Shown: positions 26,858 to 36,591 of the stretch, piece after piece
How the letters are laid out: every line of letters starts with the position of its first letter
Position numbering within the stretch: the stretch's first letter is position 1
DNA from: Gemmatimonadales bacterium
GTDB lineage: Bacteria > Gemmatimonadota > Gemmatimonadetes > Gemmatimonadales > GWC2-71-9
Direction of reading: 5' to 3'
DNA length: 52,078 bases
NCBI GenBank assembly: GCA_041613315.1
Contig: JBFJHJ010000021.1
Span: forward strand, 1 to 52,078
Program-made: the position numbers and the translations under genes
Notes under the pieces: generated by a model
Databases searched by the model: none
Seen by the model: only the letters and a program-made list of their open reading frames with translations
What the model was told of the DNA's origin: nothing

Positions 26858-28437
26858 GGCTGCTGCACGATCGGGTAGACGACGCCGAGCTGCTCGAGAT
26901 ACGTGTCGTAGCGCGAGGGGTCGTAGCGCAGCGGCTCCAGCAGCGGCCGAAACCGCTGCATCTTTTCGGCGTTCAGGAACGTGGGCGGCGGCGTCCCCTC
27001 GGGAATCAGGGACTGCCATTGTAGGTCTTTCGTCTGGACGTCCCGATGGTAGCGCTGGGCGTCGTCGAGGACTTTGGGATCCGCAAACAGCTCGATGGCC
27101 AGCATGGCGAGGGCCCGGCTACCGTAGTTCGCTCCCTTGTGCGCGATCGGCGTGGCCATCGCGATGGCACTGGACCAGTGATGCCCGGTCATCCCCGGAA
27201 TGTTCGCCGGATAGCGGAGCCGCACGGTCGGGATGTTCCAGGACACCTCCGCGATATCGTCGCTCCCGCCCCCCATCCCTTGATCGGATTGCTTGAGCGT
27301 GTCGATCGCGGTCGGGAGACCGACGGTGTCCACCTCGAGCATCCGCTGCGCCGCCTTCGCCAGCGTCACGTCCGCATCGCTCCAGGCCGGCATCCCCACC
27401 GCTTTGATGTGCGCGTGCAGGCGCTCCGCCAGGGGTTTGTTGTAGGTCGCGGGCCAGGTGGCGCCGAAGATCCGTTCCGTCACCGTGGTCCCCGTCATCA
27501 TGGTGGCGGCCTGGGCCATCGTCCTGCCCAGCGCGTGCAACTCCTGGATGCGCGGATAGTCGAGCTCCCGGAAGTAGTACCAGACGGTCGCCTCGGAGGG
27601 CACCACGTTGGGTTGGTTGCCGCCGTTCAGGATGATGGAGTGGGAGCGCTGTTGGAGCCGCAGGTGCTCGCGGCGGAAGTTCCAGCCCACGTCCATCAGC
27701 TCCGCGGCGTCGAGGGCGCTCCGGCCCCGCCAGGGCGAGCCCGCGCCGTGGGCGGAGGTGCCGTGGAAGGTGAAGGTCGTGGACACGAGCCCGGAGCCGC
27801 TGATCCCCCACGCGGTCGTGAACTCCCGGCTCACGTGGGTCGAAAGCATCGCATCCATGTCCTCGAACAGCCCGGCCATCACCATGTAGGTGCGGCTCGC
27901 GACGAGCTCCTCGGCGACGCCGGGGATCACCCGGATCTCGCCGGGGAGGTTGTATTTCTCCATGATGCGCTTGACGGCGATGGCGGCGACGACGTCCACC
28001 GCGGGCGCGCTGTTGTGCCCCTCGCCGTGTCCGGGTCCCCCGGGGATCAGGGGCGCGTGGAACGCCACGCCGGGCTTCTGCGACGTCTCCGGCAAGCCGT
28101 CGATGTCCCCCATGATGCCGATCACCGGACGGCCGCGGCCCCAGCTCGCCACGTAGCAGGTGGGCATCTCGGCGCACCCCATCTCGATGCGGAACCCCTC
28201 GTCCCGGAGGATCCCGGTCACGTAGGCCACGGTCTCGTGCTCCTGGAAGCCCAGCTCCGACAAGCTGAACACCATGTCCACGATCTCCTGTGAGCGTTTC
28301 TGCATCGCCGCCACTTCCTGGGCGACCTCGCGCGTGAGCCGCGCGGCGGACGGGCGGCGCTGGCCGGCAGCGGGAGCGGCGAGCAGCGCGAGGGCGCACG
28401 GGACCATGACGAGGCTGCGGAACCGGATCGGGGGCAT
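26854..28437 (-). CDS. M20 family amidohydrolase (AbgB-like), secreted
   Basis: AAGGAG RBS; signal peptide; ELGFQE, DGLP, GHGEGHN, AEE, SALDA, FRREH, GGNQPNVVP and GSDD..VSW. Confidence 0.88.
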   Translation of the reverse strand: MPPIRFRSLVMVPCALALLAAPAAGQRRPSAARLTREVAQEVAAMQKRSQEIVDMVFSLSELGFQEHETVAYVTGILRDEGFRIEMGCAEMPTCYVASWGRGRPVIGIMGDIDGLPETSQKPGVAFHAPLIPGGPGHGEGHNSAPAVDVVAAIAVKRIMEKYNLPGEIRVIPGVAEELVASRTYMVMAGLFEDMDAMLSTHVSREFTTAWGISGSGLVSTTFTFHGTSAHGAGSPWRGRSALDAAELMDVGWNFRREHLRLQQRSHSIILNGGNQPNVVPSEATVWYYFRELDYPRIQELHALGRTMAQAATMMTGTTVTERIFGATWPATYNKPLAERLHAHIKAVGMPAWSDADVTLAKAAQRMLEVDTVGLPTAIDTLKQSDQGMGGGSDDIAEVSWNIPTVRLRYPANIPGMTGHHWSSAIAMATPIAHKGANYGSRALAMLAIELFADPKVLDDAQRYHRDVQTKDLQWQSLIPEGTPPPTFLNAEKMQRFRPLLEPLRYDPSRYDTYLEQLGVVYPIVQQP

Positions 28438-28542
28438 GGACATCTCCTTCGGGGGATGCGGACGGGTCACCGAAGAAGATGCGGCCACGGCAGGGCGGTG
28501 TCGAGCGATGGCCGGGGCGGCCGCGGACGGTTCCGAACCACA

Positions 28543-28572
28543 TTGACGTCCTCGACCGAAGCGAACTAATTA
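28543..28572 (+). promoter_or_regulatory. Putative sigma70 promoter for A2M-pbpC
   Basis: TTGACG followed 16-18 bp later by AT-rich ACTAATTA in an otherwise GC-rich divergent spacer. Confidence 0.4.
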
Positions 28573-28604
28573 CGCAAACGTTTCACCGCGCCCGGAGTTC
28601 CCCT

Positions 28605-31600
28605 ATGCCCGCACCCCGCCTCGCGATGGCCCTCGCGGCAGCCTCGGTCGGCGCCTACGCGGCCGGTCCCACGGCACAGCTTCGGGTCCTTCGGGTCTCG
28701 CCGGCCGGCGAACTCGTGTCGCCGGCGGCGATCGTGACCGTCACGTTCGACCGGCCGGTCGCCGGGCGCCTCGATCGCACGATCGACCCGGCCTCGATCG
28801 TCGGGATCGAGCCCGCCGTGGTCGGCCGCTTCGATTGGCGTGACCCGGTCACGATACGCTTCACGCCGGCGTCCTCGTTTCGGCAGGACACGCCGTACAC
28901 TCTTACGGTGGCCAACACGTTCGAGGCGATGGACGGCACCCGCCTGCCGGAGCCCTATCGCCATCGCTTCCGCGTTCCCGGCCCACGCGTTCTCGCGGGG
29001 CTTCCGGTCAGCGCGGTCATCGAGCCCAAGCATCTCGCGCCGGACGAGCCGTTCGCGCTCGTCCTGAGCGCGCCCGTCGATCCGGACGTGTTCCGCACGA
29101 TGGCGCGCCTCGAGTTGGACCGGACGTGCCCGGGGGGGCCGCGCGTTGTACGGATCCGGGTCCGGCGACAGCGAGAGGTCACCGATGACGACCCGTACAT
29201 CCTGCGGTACGCGGGCCCGTGGCAGCGATCCCGCGAAGCGCGCCTACGCCGCGTCGTCGAATTCGAACCGGCCCAACCCCTCCCCCGAGCGTGCGCCGGC
29301 AACCTCGTCCTCCCGTCACGCTTCGATCGGGAGGGAGCGGCCGCGCTCACGCGATGGTCCTTCCACACGTACGGCGATTTTCGGATCGTAAAGACCTGGT
29401 GCGGCCCCCCGTACCGGCAACCCGACGTGTGCCCCACGGGACCGATCACCGTCGAATTCTCGACGCCGGTCCGCGGCGCGGAGCTGGCACGCGGCCTCAG
29501 GATGTTACCCGAGCTCCCCGTCCACCTCTCGGACACGACCGACGAACGGGACCGCTGGCGCCTCGATGTGGCGCTCGACCCGCGTCGGACGTATGGCCTG
29601 GTCGTGGATCTCGCGCTCACCGACGTCTTCGGGCAGCGGTTCACCGGAAACCCCGCTGCCGCCATCACGACCACCGGCTACGCGCCGGCGCTCTCGCATC
29701 CCTACGGGCGCCTGCTCGTCGAGCGGGAGGGCTACCGCACGCTCGCGGTCAGTCACGTGAACGTCGACACGCTGTTGGTGGCGATCGCCGGCGTCCCGCG
29801 CGCGATGGAGCCACTCGTCCTGATGCGGCCATGGGGCTGGGGCGACATCTGGGACGACCTGCCCGCCCCGACCGTTCGCCGGCTGGCCGTGGATGCGCCG
29901 CTCGATCAGCCGGTCGTGACCGGCGTTCGCCTCCCCGGGTTCAATGCGCGCCGCGCCGACAACCCGACACTCCTCGCCGTCAAGATCTCGAGCCCCCGGC
30001 TCGACACGCGTGAGGAGCTCGGACGGTTCATCGCGCTGGCGCAAGTCACGGATCTCGCGGTTCACGCGAAGATCGGCGCCACGACCGGCGCCGTGTGGGT
30101 CACGGGCGCCGGCGACGGCCTCCCCCGGCCGGGCACTCTCGTGACGCTGCACGACCGGACGGGGAGCGGGCGGGCATCCGCGACCACCGGTGGCGACGGC
30201 CTCGCCGCCCTCACGGGGTTCGCCGTGGACACCTCGGAGCGCAGCGGCTTTGAAGGCTATGTGACGGCCACGCTGGGATCCGATCGCGCGGTCGTCGCGA
30301 TCAACCAGTACGACGCCGACCTGGGGCCGTGGCGGTTCGGCGCCTACGGCGCGTTCGACCATGACCGCTACCCGGCCGCCGCCGCCGTCTTCACCGAGCG
30401 CGACATCTACCGGCCGGGCGAACGGGTCTTCGCGAAGGCGATCGTGCGGTCCGGGCCGCTTGGCGCCCTGGGAGCGGTTCCGGGCGACTCGGTGCGCTGG
30501 CGGTTCTCCGACCGTGAGCAGGGGACGCTGCGGGATACCGTCACCACGCTGTCGTCCTTTGGCACCGCTGCCGAGGCGCTGGAGCTTCCCGTCGATCTGC
30601 CGTTGGGCACGTATGCCGTCGCAGTCGAGGCGGTGCAGGACGGCCACTGGCGCCCCCTCGCCTCGGCCCGCTACCGCATCGCGGAGTACCGGCCACCGGA
30701 GTTCCTCGTGCAGGTGGCCGCCGACACCGCGGCCAAGTTTCCCCAGGATGTCCTGCGGGCGGACATCGAAGCGCGGTATCTCTTTGGAGCGCCCATGGGT
30801 CGCGCCGCCGTCACCTGGGTGGCGCAGCTGGCCGGCCTCGGGACCGGACCGGACCTCCCGGGAACAGCGGGCTATTACGTGGGCAAAGCCGCCGGCTGGT
30901 GGGACGAGGAAGACGTCCCGGCCGTCACGACGTTGGGCAGTGGGACGGACACACTGGACCTCGGGGGCCGCGGGCACGTCGCGGTGACGCTGTCCGCGCC
31001 GTCGGCCGGAAAGCCGGCGCGCGCGATCGTCCAGGCGACCGTCACCGACGTCAACCGGCAGAGCGTGTCGGCGACGGCGGCGGTCACCGTGCACCCGGCG
31101 GCGTTCTACGTTGCCGCGAAGCCCGCGAGCGACCGCTACTTCTGGCGCGCGGGCACCCCGGAGACGGTGCACGCCTTCACCGTCCGCCCGAACGGCGAGC
31201 GGGTCACCGGCGTTCGAGTGGACGCGGCGATCGTGCGCCGTGAGTGGCACCGCGTACGCCGCACGCGGGGGGGCATCTCACAGACGGTCGGCGAATGGGT
31301 GACCGACACGGTATCCACGTGCCGGCTCACGACCGCCCCCGACCCCGTGGCCTGCACGTTCACCCCGCCGGGCGGGGGGACGTACGTGGTGCACCTCACC
31401 GCCCGCGACGGGGCCGGCCGGGAGGCCCGGACGAGCTTCTATCGGTGGGCCACGGGACCGGACTGGGTCCCGTGGTTCGACGAAGACGAATTCAAGATGG
31501 ATGTGGTCACCGATCGCGAGCGGTACACGATTGGCGACACGGCCACCGTGCTGTTCGCCTCGCCGTTTACCGACGCCGAGGCCTGGGTGACGGTGGAGCG

Positions 31601-34319
31601 CGAAGGCGTGATCGCCCAACGCCGCCTCCGGATCACGAACGGCTCGTTCACCTTGACGTTCCCGATCACGGAGGCATACGCGCCAAACGCCTTCGTCTCG
31701 ATCGTGGTGGTGCGCGGGCGGAGCGCGCCTCCAGGCGAGCTGGACGACCCCGGTCGGCCCACGCTCCGGGTCGGGTACGTCGAGCTCACGGTGAGCCCGG
31801 AGGACAAGCGCCTGGCGGTGACGCTCAACGCGCGTCGCCCCGAATACCGACCGGGCGACACGGCACAGGTGGACATCCGAGTGCGAGACGCGCGCGGCGT
31901 CGGCCGGTATAGCGAGGTCACGCTCTGGGCGGTGGACGAGGGCGTGTTGGCGCTGACCGGGTACCGCACGCCGGATCCCATCGCGCTGCTCTATCGGGCT
32001 CGTGGGCTCGGCATGCGGCTCGCCAGCAATCTGGTGGCGGTGGCGGAGCAAGTAGTCCAGGATTCGGCGGCGCGCGAGCGAACCAAGGGACGGCTCGATC
32101 TCGGGGGCGGGGGTGGCGGCGATCTCTCCGACATCCTGAGGTCTCGCTTCCAGACTACGGCATTCTTCCTCGCGTCGGTCGTGACCGACAGCGCCGGGCG
32201 GGCCACGGCATCGGCCCCGCTTCCGGACAACCTCACGACGTTTCGGCTCATGGCGGTCGCCGTGACACCGGGCGATCGATACGGGAGCGGCGAATCCTCG
32301 CTGCTGGTGACGCGCCCGCTCGTGGCCCGCCCGGCCCTGCCGCGGTTCGTGCGACCGGGGGACGCCTTCGAGGCGGGCGTCGTCGTCAACCATCGGCTGG
32401 GCGGGACGCCCACCGTCGCGGTGCAGGCCCGCGCGGCCGGAGCGACGCTGGAAGGCGCCCGCGACAAGACCGCGACGCTCGATCCGGGACGCGGAACCGA
32501 GGTCCGGTTCCGGTTCCGCGGGCGCCCGACGCCAGGCGATACGGCGGTGTTCCGCTTTGCGGTCCGGGGCGGCGGCGAGGCGGATGCCGTGCAGCGGACG
32601 GTGCCGTTGCAGCCCGATTTCTATCCGCGCGCGTTTACGGTTGCCGGGATGCTGCGCGACACGGCGACCGCGCGATTCCTACTGCCGGCCACCATCGATC
32701 CGGAGCGTTCCCGCCTCCACGTGCGGCTCGGCACCTCACCGTTGAGCGTCGTCGCGGCGCTGGGGCGTCGCCTGCGCGTCTACCCGTATTGGTGTTCCGA
32801 GCAGATCGCGAGCGCCGCCCTCCCCCTGGTCGCGCTCTACCGAGCGCATCAACGGGCACCCGACGCGGTCCCGCTGGAACCGGGCAGCGAGCCGGCCATT
32901 CGAGAGGCGGTCCGGATTCTGGCGCGCCGGCAGAGCCCCGACGGCGGCATTGGGCTGTGGTCAGCCGGCGATTGGAGCACGCCGTGGCTCAGCGCCTACG
33001 CGGGCCTGCTCCTCCTCGAAGCGCGGGACGCCGGATTCGTGGTCGACGATTCCGTGTTGGTCCGGCTGGCCGGGTTCCTGCGGCAGGCCTTGAATCGGGA
33101 CGCGCCGCTGGCCACGCCCGTTGCGGGCTGGTGGCAGACGGGTGGCGCGTGGGACGGTGAGCGGATTGCGGCCCTCGATTACCTGAGCCGCTACGGACGA
33201 CGCGACCGGGCGGCCGAGAACCGGATGCTGCAGCGGGCGGCGCAGCTCCCGTGGGAAGACCGGGTGCGCCTCGCCGAGATCCTCGCGCGCGGTGGGTCCC
33301 GCCGGGAGGCCCGCAATCTGCTCGAGCCCGTCTGGGCGTCCCTCACCGTGGATGGCACCAAGGCTCTGCCGCCGGACCAAGCGTGGCACCCCTTCTATTT
33401 CTCGTCCCGCGTCCGACCCATCGCACGCCTCGTCACGGCGACCCTCGTCGTGGACTCCACCCACGCGATGTTGGGGCCGTTGGTCGAGACCCTGGTCGAT
33501 CAAGTTCGGACCCACCGCGAGCGGTGGCTGACGACGCAAGATCTGGCCTCGGCGGCGCTCGCGCTCGTGGCATTCGATCGGCACCTCGCGGGCACTCCGC
33601 CCCGCGGCTTCCGGGTCCGCGTCGGCAATCGCACGCTCTTCGAGATTGCGGCAGACGCGGCTCCCGAACTCGACTCCTCCCGCACACTGGCGGGTCTGCT
33701 GCGGGACGGGCCCCGTGAGCAGCTGGCGCTCGACGTGGGTCTCGAGGCACGGGGCACGGGCGGCCCGATCTACTACTATCTGACGGTCCACGAAATCCCC
33801 ACCTCCCAGCCCGTGCGGCCCGCCGATGAAGGCATCGCGGTCGAGCGCTGGTACGAGCGCTACACGGACGGCCGCCCGGCGACCGGTGTGGCCGCCGGCG
33901 ACCTGGTGCGCGTGCGCCTGCGCATCACCGTGCCGCGCGAGCGGCACTTCGTCGTGCTCGACGACCCGCTTCCGGCCGGACTGGAAGCGGTGGATCTGAG
34001 CCTCCGGACGACCGGAGCGCTTCCGGATCCCGGTCCGGAGGTTGAAGAGCGCGAGGCCGAGACGCAGTGGCAGTACGGCAGCTGGGAGGCGGGCCAGTGG
34101 TCCCCGTTCGACCACCGGGAGCTGCGCGACGACCGGGTGGTGTACGCCGCGACCGTGCTGTGGGCCGGCGTCTGGGACGTGAGCTACGTCGCACGGGCCA
34201 CGACGCCGGGGACGTTCGTCCGGCCACCCGCCCAGGCGGAGGAGATGTACAACCCCGCCGTCCATGGCCGGAGCGACGGCGGTAGCTTCACGGTGACGGG
34301 GCCGACCGGTGGGCGGTAG
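28605..34319 (+). CDS. yfhM: Bacterial alpha-2-macroglobulin
   Basis: Ig-like N-terminus, TERDIYRPGE (MG2), EYRPPEF, WAVDEGVL, LPDNLTTFR, thioester YPYWCSEQ and C-terminal DPLPAGLE...AEEMY.P; paired with pbpC. Confidence 0.93.
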   Translation: MPAPRLAMALAAASVGAYAAGPTAQLRVLRVSPAGELVSPAAIVTVTFDRPVAGRLDRTIDPASIVGIEPAVVGRFDWRDPVTIRFTPASSFRQDTPYTLTVANTFEAMDGTRLPEPYRHRFRVPGPRVLAGLPVSAVIEPKHLAPDEPFALVLSAPVDPDVFRTMARLELDRTCPGGPRVVRIRVRRQREVTDDDPYILRYAGPWQRSREARLRRVVEFEPAQPLPRACAGNLVLPSRFDREGAAALTRWSFHTYGDFRIVKTWCGPPYRQPDVCPTGPITVEFSTPVRGAELARGLRMLPELPVHLSDTTDERDRWRLDVALDPRRTYGLVVDLALTDVFGQRFTGNPAAAITTTGYAPALSHPYGRLLVEREGYRTLAVSHVNVDTLLVAIAGVPRAMEPLVLMRPWGWGDIWDDLPAPTVRRLAVDAPLDQPVVTGVRLPGFNARRADNPTLLAVKISSPRLDTREELGRFIALAQVTDLAVHAKIGATTGAVWVTGAGDGLPRPGTLVTLHDRTGSGRASATTGGDGLAALTGFAVDTSERSGFEGYVTATLGSDRAVVAINQYDADLGPWRFGAYGAFDHDRYPAAAAVFTERDIYRPGERVFAKAIVRSGPLGALGAVPGDSVRWRFSDREQGTLRDTVTTLSSFGTAAEALELPVDLPLGTYAVAVEAVQDGHWRPLASARYRIAEYRPPEFLVQVAADTAAKFPQDVLRADIEARYLFGAPMGRAAVTWVAQLAGLGTGPDLPGTAGYYVGKAAGWWDEEDVPAVTTLGSGTDTLDLGGRGHVAVTLSAPSAGKPARAIVQATVTDVNRQSVSATAAVTVHPAAFYVAAKPASDRYFWRAGTPETVHAFTVRPNGERVTGVRVDAAIVRREWHRVRRTRGGISQTVGEWVTDTVSTCRLTTAPDPVACTFTPPGGGTYVVHLTARDGAGREARTSFYRWATGPDWVPWFDEDEFKMDVVTDRERYTIGDTATVLFASPFTDAEAWVTVEREGVIAQRRLRITNGSFTLTFPITEAYAPNAFVSIVVVRGRSAPPGELDDPGRPTLRVGYVELTVSPEDKRLAVTLNARRPEYRPGDTAQVDIRVRDARGVGRYSEVTLWAVDEGVLALTGYRTPDPIALLYRARGLGMRLASNLVAVAEQVVQDSAARERTKGRLDLGGGGGGDLSDILRSRFQTTAFFLASVVTDSAGRATASAPLPDNLTTFRLMAVAVTPGDRYGSGESSLLVTRPLVARPALPRFVRPGDAFEAGVVVNHRLGGTPTVAVQARAAGATLEGARDKTATLDPGRGTEVRFRFRGRPTPGDTAVFRFAVRGGGEADAVQRTVPLQPDFYPRAFTVAGMLRDTATARFLLPATIDPERSRLHVRLGTSPLSVVAALGRRLRVYPYWCSEQIASAALPLVALYRAHQRAPDAVPLEPGSEPAIREAVRILARRQSPDGGIGLWSAGDWSTPWLSAYAGLLLLEARDAGFVVDDSVLVRLAGFLRQALNRDAPLATPVAGWWQTGGAWDGERIAALDYLSRYGRRDRAAENRMLQRAAQLPWEDRVRLAEILARGGSRREARNLLEPVWASLTVDGTKALPPDQAWHPFYFSSRVRPIARLVTATLVVDSTHAMLGPLVETLVDQVRTHRERWLTTQDLASAALALVAFDRHLAGTPPRGFRVRVGNRTLFEIAADAAPELDSSRTLAGLLRDGPREQLALDVGLEARGTGGPIYYYLTVHEIPTSQPVRPADEGIAVERWYERYTDGRPATGVAAGDLVRVRLRITVPRERHFVVLDDPLPAGLEAVDLSLRTTGALPDPGPEVEEREAETQWQYGSWEAGQWSPFDHRELRDDRVVYAATVLWAGVWDVSYVARATTPGTFVRPPAQAEEMYNPAVHGRSDGGSFTVTGPTGGR

Positions 34320-36585
34320 CGCGCGGCGGTGGTGCTGGGCGACCGCGGCCGCTGCCCCAGCGCTGTGCCTCGGGGCGGTGGTCCTGTGGATCTCGCGGCC
34401 GCTCCCCGCCGGCATGGCGCTCCCCAGCCCCGCTCCCGCGCTCCTCATCGAAGATCGCCACGGCATCGCGCTGCGATCGACGCGCGCGGCCGACGGCAGC
34501 CGATTCCAGTGGCTTCCGCTGGCGGAGATGGACCCGGATCTCCTCGTCGCGTTCGTGGCTCTGGAGGACCACCGGTACTTCCGTCACCACGGCGTCGATG
34601 TCCGGGCCGTGGCGCGAGCGTTCCGCGACAATGTGCACGCGGGCCGCGTCGTATCCGGCGCGTCCACGATCTCAATGCAGACGGCCCGTCTGCTGCGCCC
34701 CGCCCCGCGAAGCTGGGTGGGCAAGCTGCACCAGGCGCTGTGGGCCCTCCGGCTGGAGCGGCACCTCTCGAAACAGCAGATCCTGGAGCAGTACCTCAAT
34801 CGGATCCCGCTCGGCCAGGGGACAATCGGGGTCGCCGCCGCCGCCGCGTTGTATTTCGACGGCTCCGCGCGCGATCTGAGCCTCGGACAAGCCGCCCTTC
34901 TCGCCGGGCTGGCGCACGCGCCGTCCGCCGACAACCCGCTCGTGTCGCAACAGCGGACGCGCGAACGCCGCGCGGCCGCCATGCGCCGACTCCAGGCGCT
35001 GGGGCACGCCACCGCTGCCGATGTCGCGGCCGTCCGGGATGAGCCGCTCCTCGCTCCACCTCGCTCGGCGCCGTTCTTCGCTCCGCATTTCACCACCGGG
35101 CTGCTGCTGCTGGCGGGCGGCCCCCATGGGCCGGTCGACGACGCCATCTGGCGTACCTCGCTCGATCTCGAGCTGCAGCACACGCTCGAGGCTGAAGTGC
35201 GACATACGGTGCACCTCCTACGGGCGCGATCGGCGCGGCACGCGGCCGCCGTCGTGCTGGATAACCCGACCGGTGACGTCCTCGCGTGGGTGGGCTCGCC
35301 CGATTTCTGGGAGGACGCCGCGGGCCAGGTCGACATGGTGACCTCCGCCCGACAGCCCGGGTCGGCCTTGAAGCCGTTCCTCTACGCGCTGGCACTCGAC
35401 CGCGGCGAGACGGCGGCGTCGATTCTCCCCGACATCGGTCGCACCTACGAGACACCCACGGGCCCGTACCGCCCGCGTAATTACGATCGACTGTTCCACG
35501 GTCCCGTGCGGCTCCGCGAAGCGCTCGGCAGCTCGTTCAACGTACCGGCGGTCGAGCTCGCCTCTCGTTTGCGGCCCCCCAGCGCGCTGGGGGTCCTTCA
35601 CCGCGCCGGGTTCGCCTCGCTGCGTGCCGACCCGGAGCACTACGGGCTCGGCATCGCTTTGGGCAACGGCGACGTCACACTCCTCGAGTTGGCGAATGGG
35701 TACCGCGGCCTCGCCAACGGCGGGGCCTGGAGCCCGGTGCGCCGGCGAATCGATGTGCCGCCGGACGACACCGCACGCCGGATCGTCTCGGCGCAGAGCG
35801 CGGTCCTGGTGCTGGATATGCTCGCGGACCCGACGGCTCGCGTCCCCGGCTTCGGACTCCGGACGCCCTTTGAATTTCCGTTTCCTGTCGCCGTCAAGAC
35901 CGGCACGAGCCGCCACTTCACGGATAACTGGGCGGTGGCGGTGACGGGACGGTTCACGATCGCCGTCTGGGTCGGGAATTTCGGCGGCCAGCCGATGCAG
36001 GGGGTGAGTGGCGTCAGCGGCGCGGGCCCGCTGCTGCAGCGGGCAGTCTTGGCCACCGTGCGGCGCTACCCGCCGGGCAGGCTCCCGGACCCGAGCTCCA
36101 TCGGCGCGATCCAGGCCGACATCTGCCCGTTATCGGGGCGCCGGCCTGGCGCCTACTGCCCGCGCGTCGCGGAGTGGTTTGTGCCCGGCTCGGTCCCCGC
36201 GGATACCTGCCGCTGGCACCGTGCCGACCGGATCGTGCTGCCGGCCGAATACACGGAATGGACCGACCGGTACCATACGGATCCGGCGTGGGACGCCGCG
36301 CGGGTCGCACACGTCACCGCCACAGCCGACGCGCCCGCCCGATTCCGGATTGTCGCCCCGATGGATGGCGACCGATACACGGTCCCGCCCGGCGTCGATC
36401 CCCGGTTCGCGACGCTTGCGCTGCGTGTCATCGGCACGGGAGCGGGTAGCACCACTCGCTGGTACGTGGACGGTGTACGGCTGAGCGCGCCGCGGTGGCG
36501 GCTCCAGGAAGGCGTGCACGTCGTGCGGGCCGAGGCGCCGGTCGGGCACGCCGACGAGGTCAGGATCGTCGTCGGCCGCCCGTAG
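34309..36585 (+). CDS. pbpC: Penicillin-binding protein 1C
   Basis: Transglycosylase EDHRY..H.GVD and GASTISMQ; transpeptidase SALK, SFN and KTG; overlaps the A2M gene end. Confidence 0.92.
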   Translation: MGGSARRWCWATAAAAPALCLGAVVLWISRPLPAGMALPSPAPALLIEDRHGIALRSTRAADGSRFQWLPLAEMDPDLLVAFVALEDHRYFRHHGVDVRAVARAFRDNVHAGRVVSGASTISMQTARLLRPAPRSWVGKLHQALWALRLERHLSKQQILEQYLNRIPLGQGTIGVAAAAALYFDGSARDLSLGQAALLAGLAHAPSADNPLVSQQRTRERRAAAMRRLQALGHATAADVAAVRDEPLLAPPRSAPFFAPHFTTGLLLLAGGPHGPVDDAIWRTSLDLELQHTLEAEVRHTVHLLRARSARHAAAVVLDNPTGDVLAWVGSPDFWEDAAGQVDMVTSARQPGSALKPFLYALALDRGETAASILPDIGRTYETPTGPYRPRNYDRLFHGPVRLREALGSSFNVPAVELASRLRPPSALGVLHRAGFASLRADPEHYGLGIALGNGDVTLLELANGYRGLANGGAWSPVRRRIDVPPDDTARRIVSAQSAVLVLDMLADPTARVPGFGLRTPFEFPFPVAVKTGTSRHFTDNWAVAVTGRFTIAVWVGNFGGQPMQGVSGVSGAGPLLQRAVLATVRRYPPGRLPDPSSIGAIQADICPLSGRRPGAYCPRVAEWFVPGSVPADTCRWHRADRIVLPAEYTEWTDRYHTDPAWDAARVAHVTATADAPARFRIVAPMDGDRYTVPPGVDPRFATLALRVIGTGAGSTTRWYVDGVRLSAPRWRLQEGVHVVRAEAPVGHADEVRIVVGRP

Positions 36586-36591
36586 CGTCCG

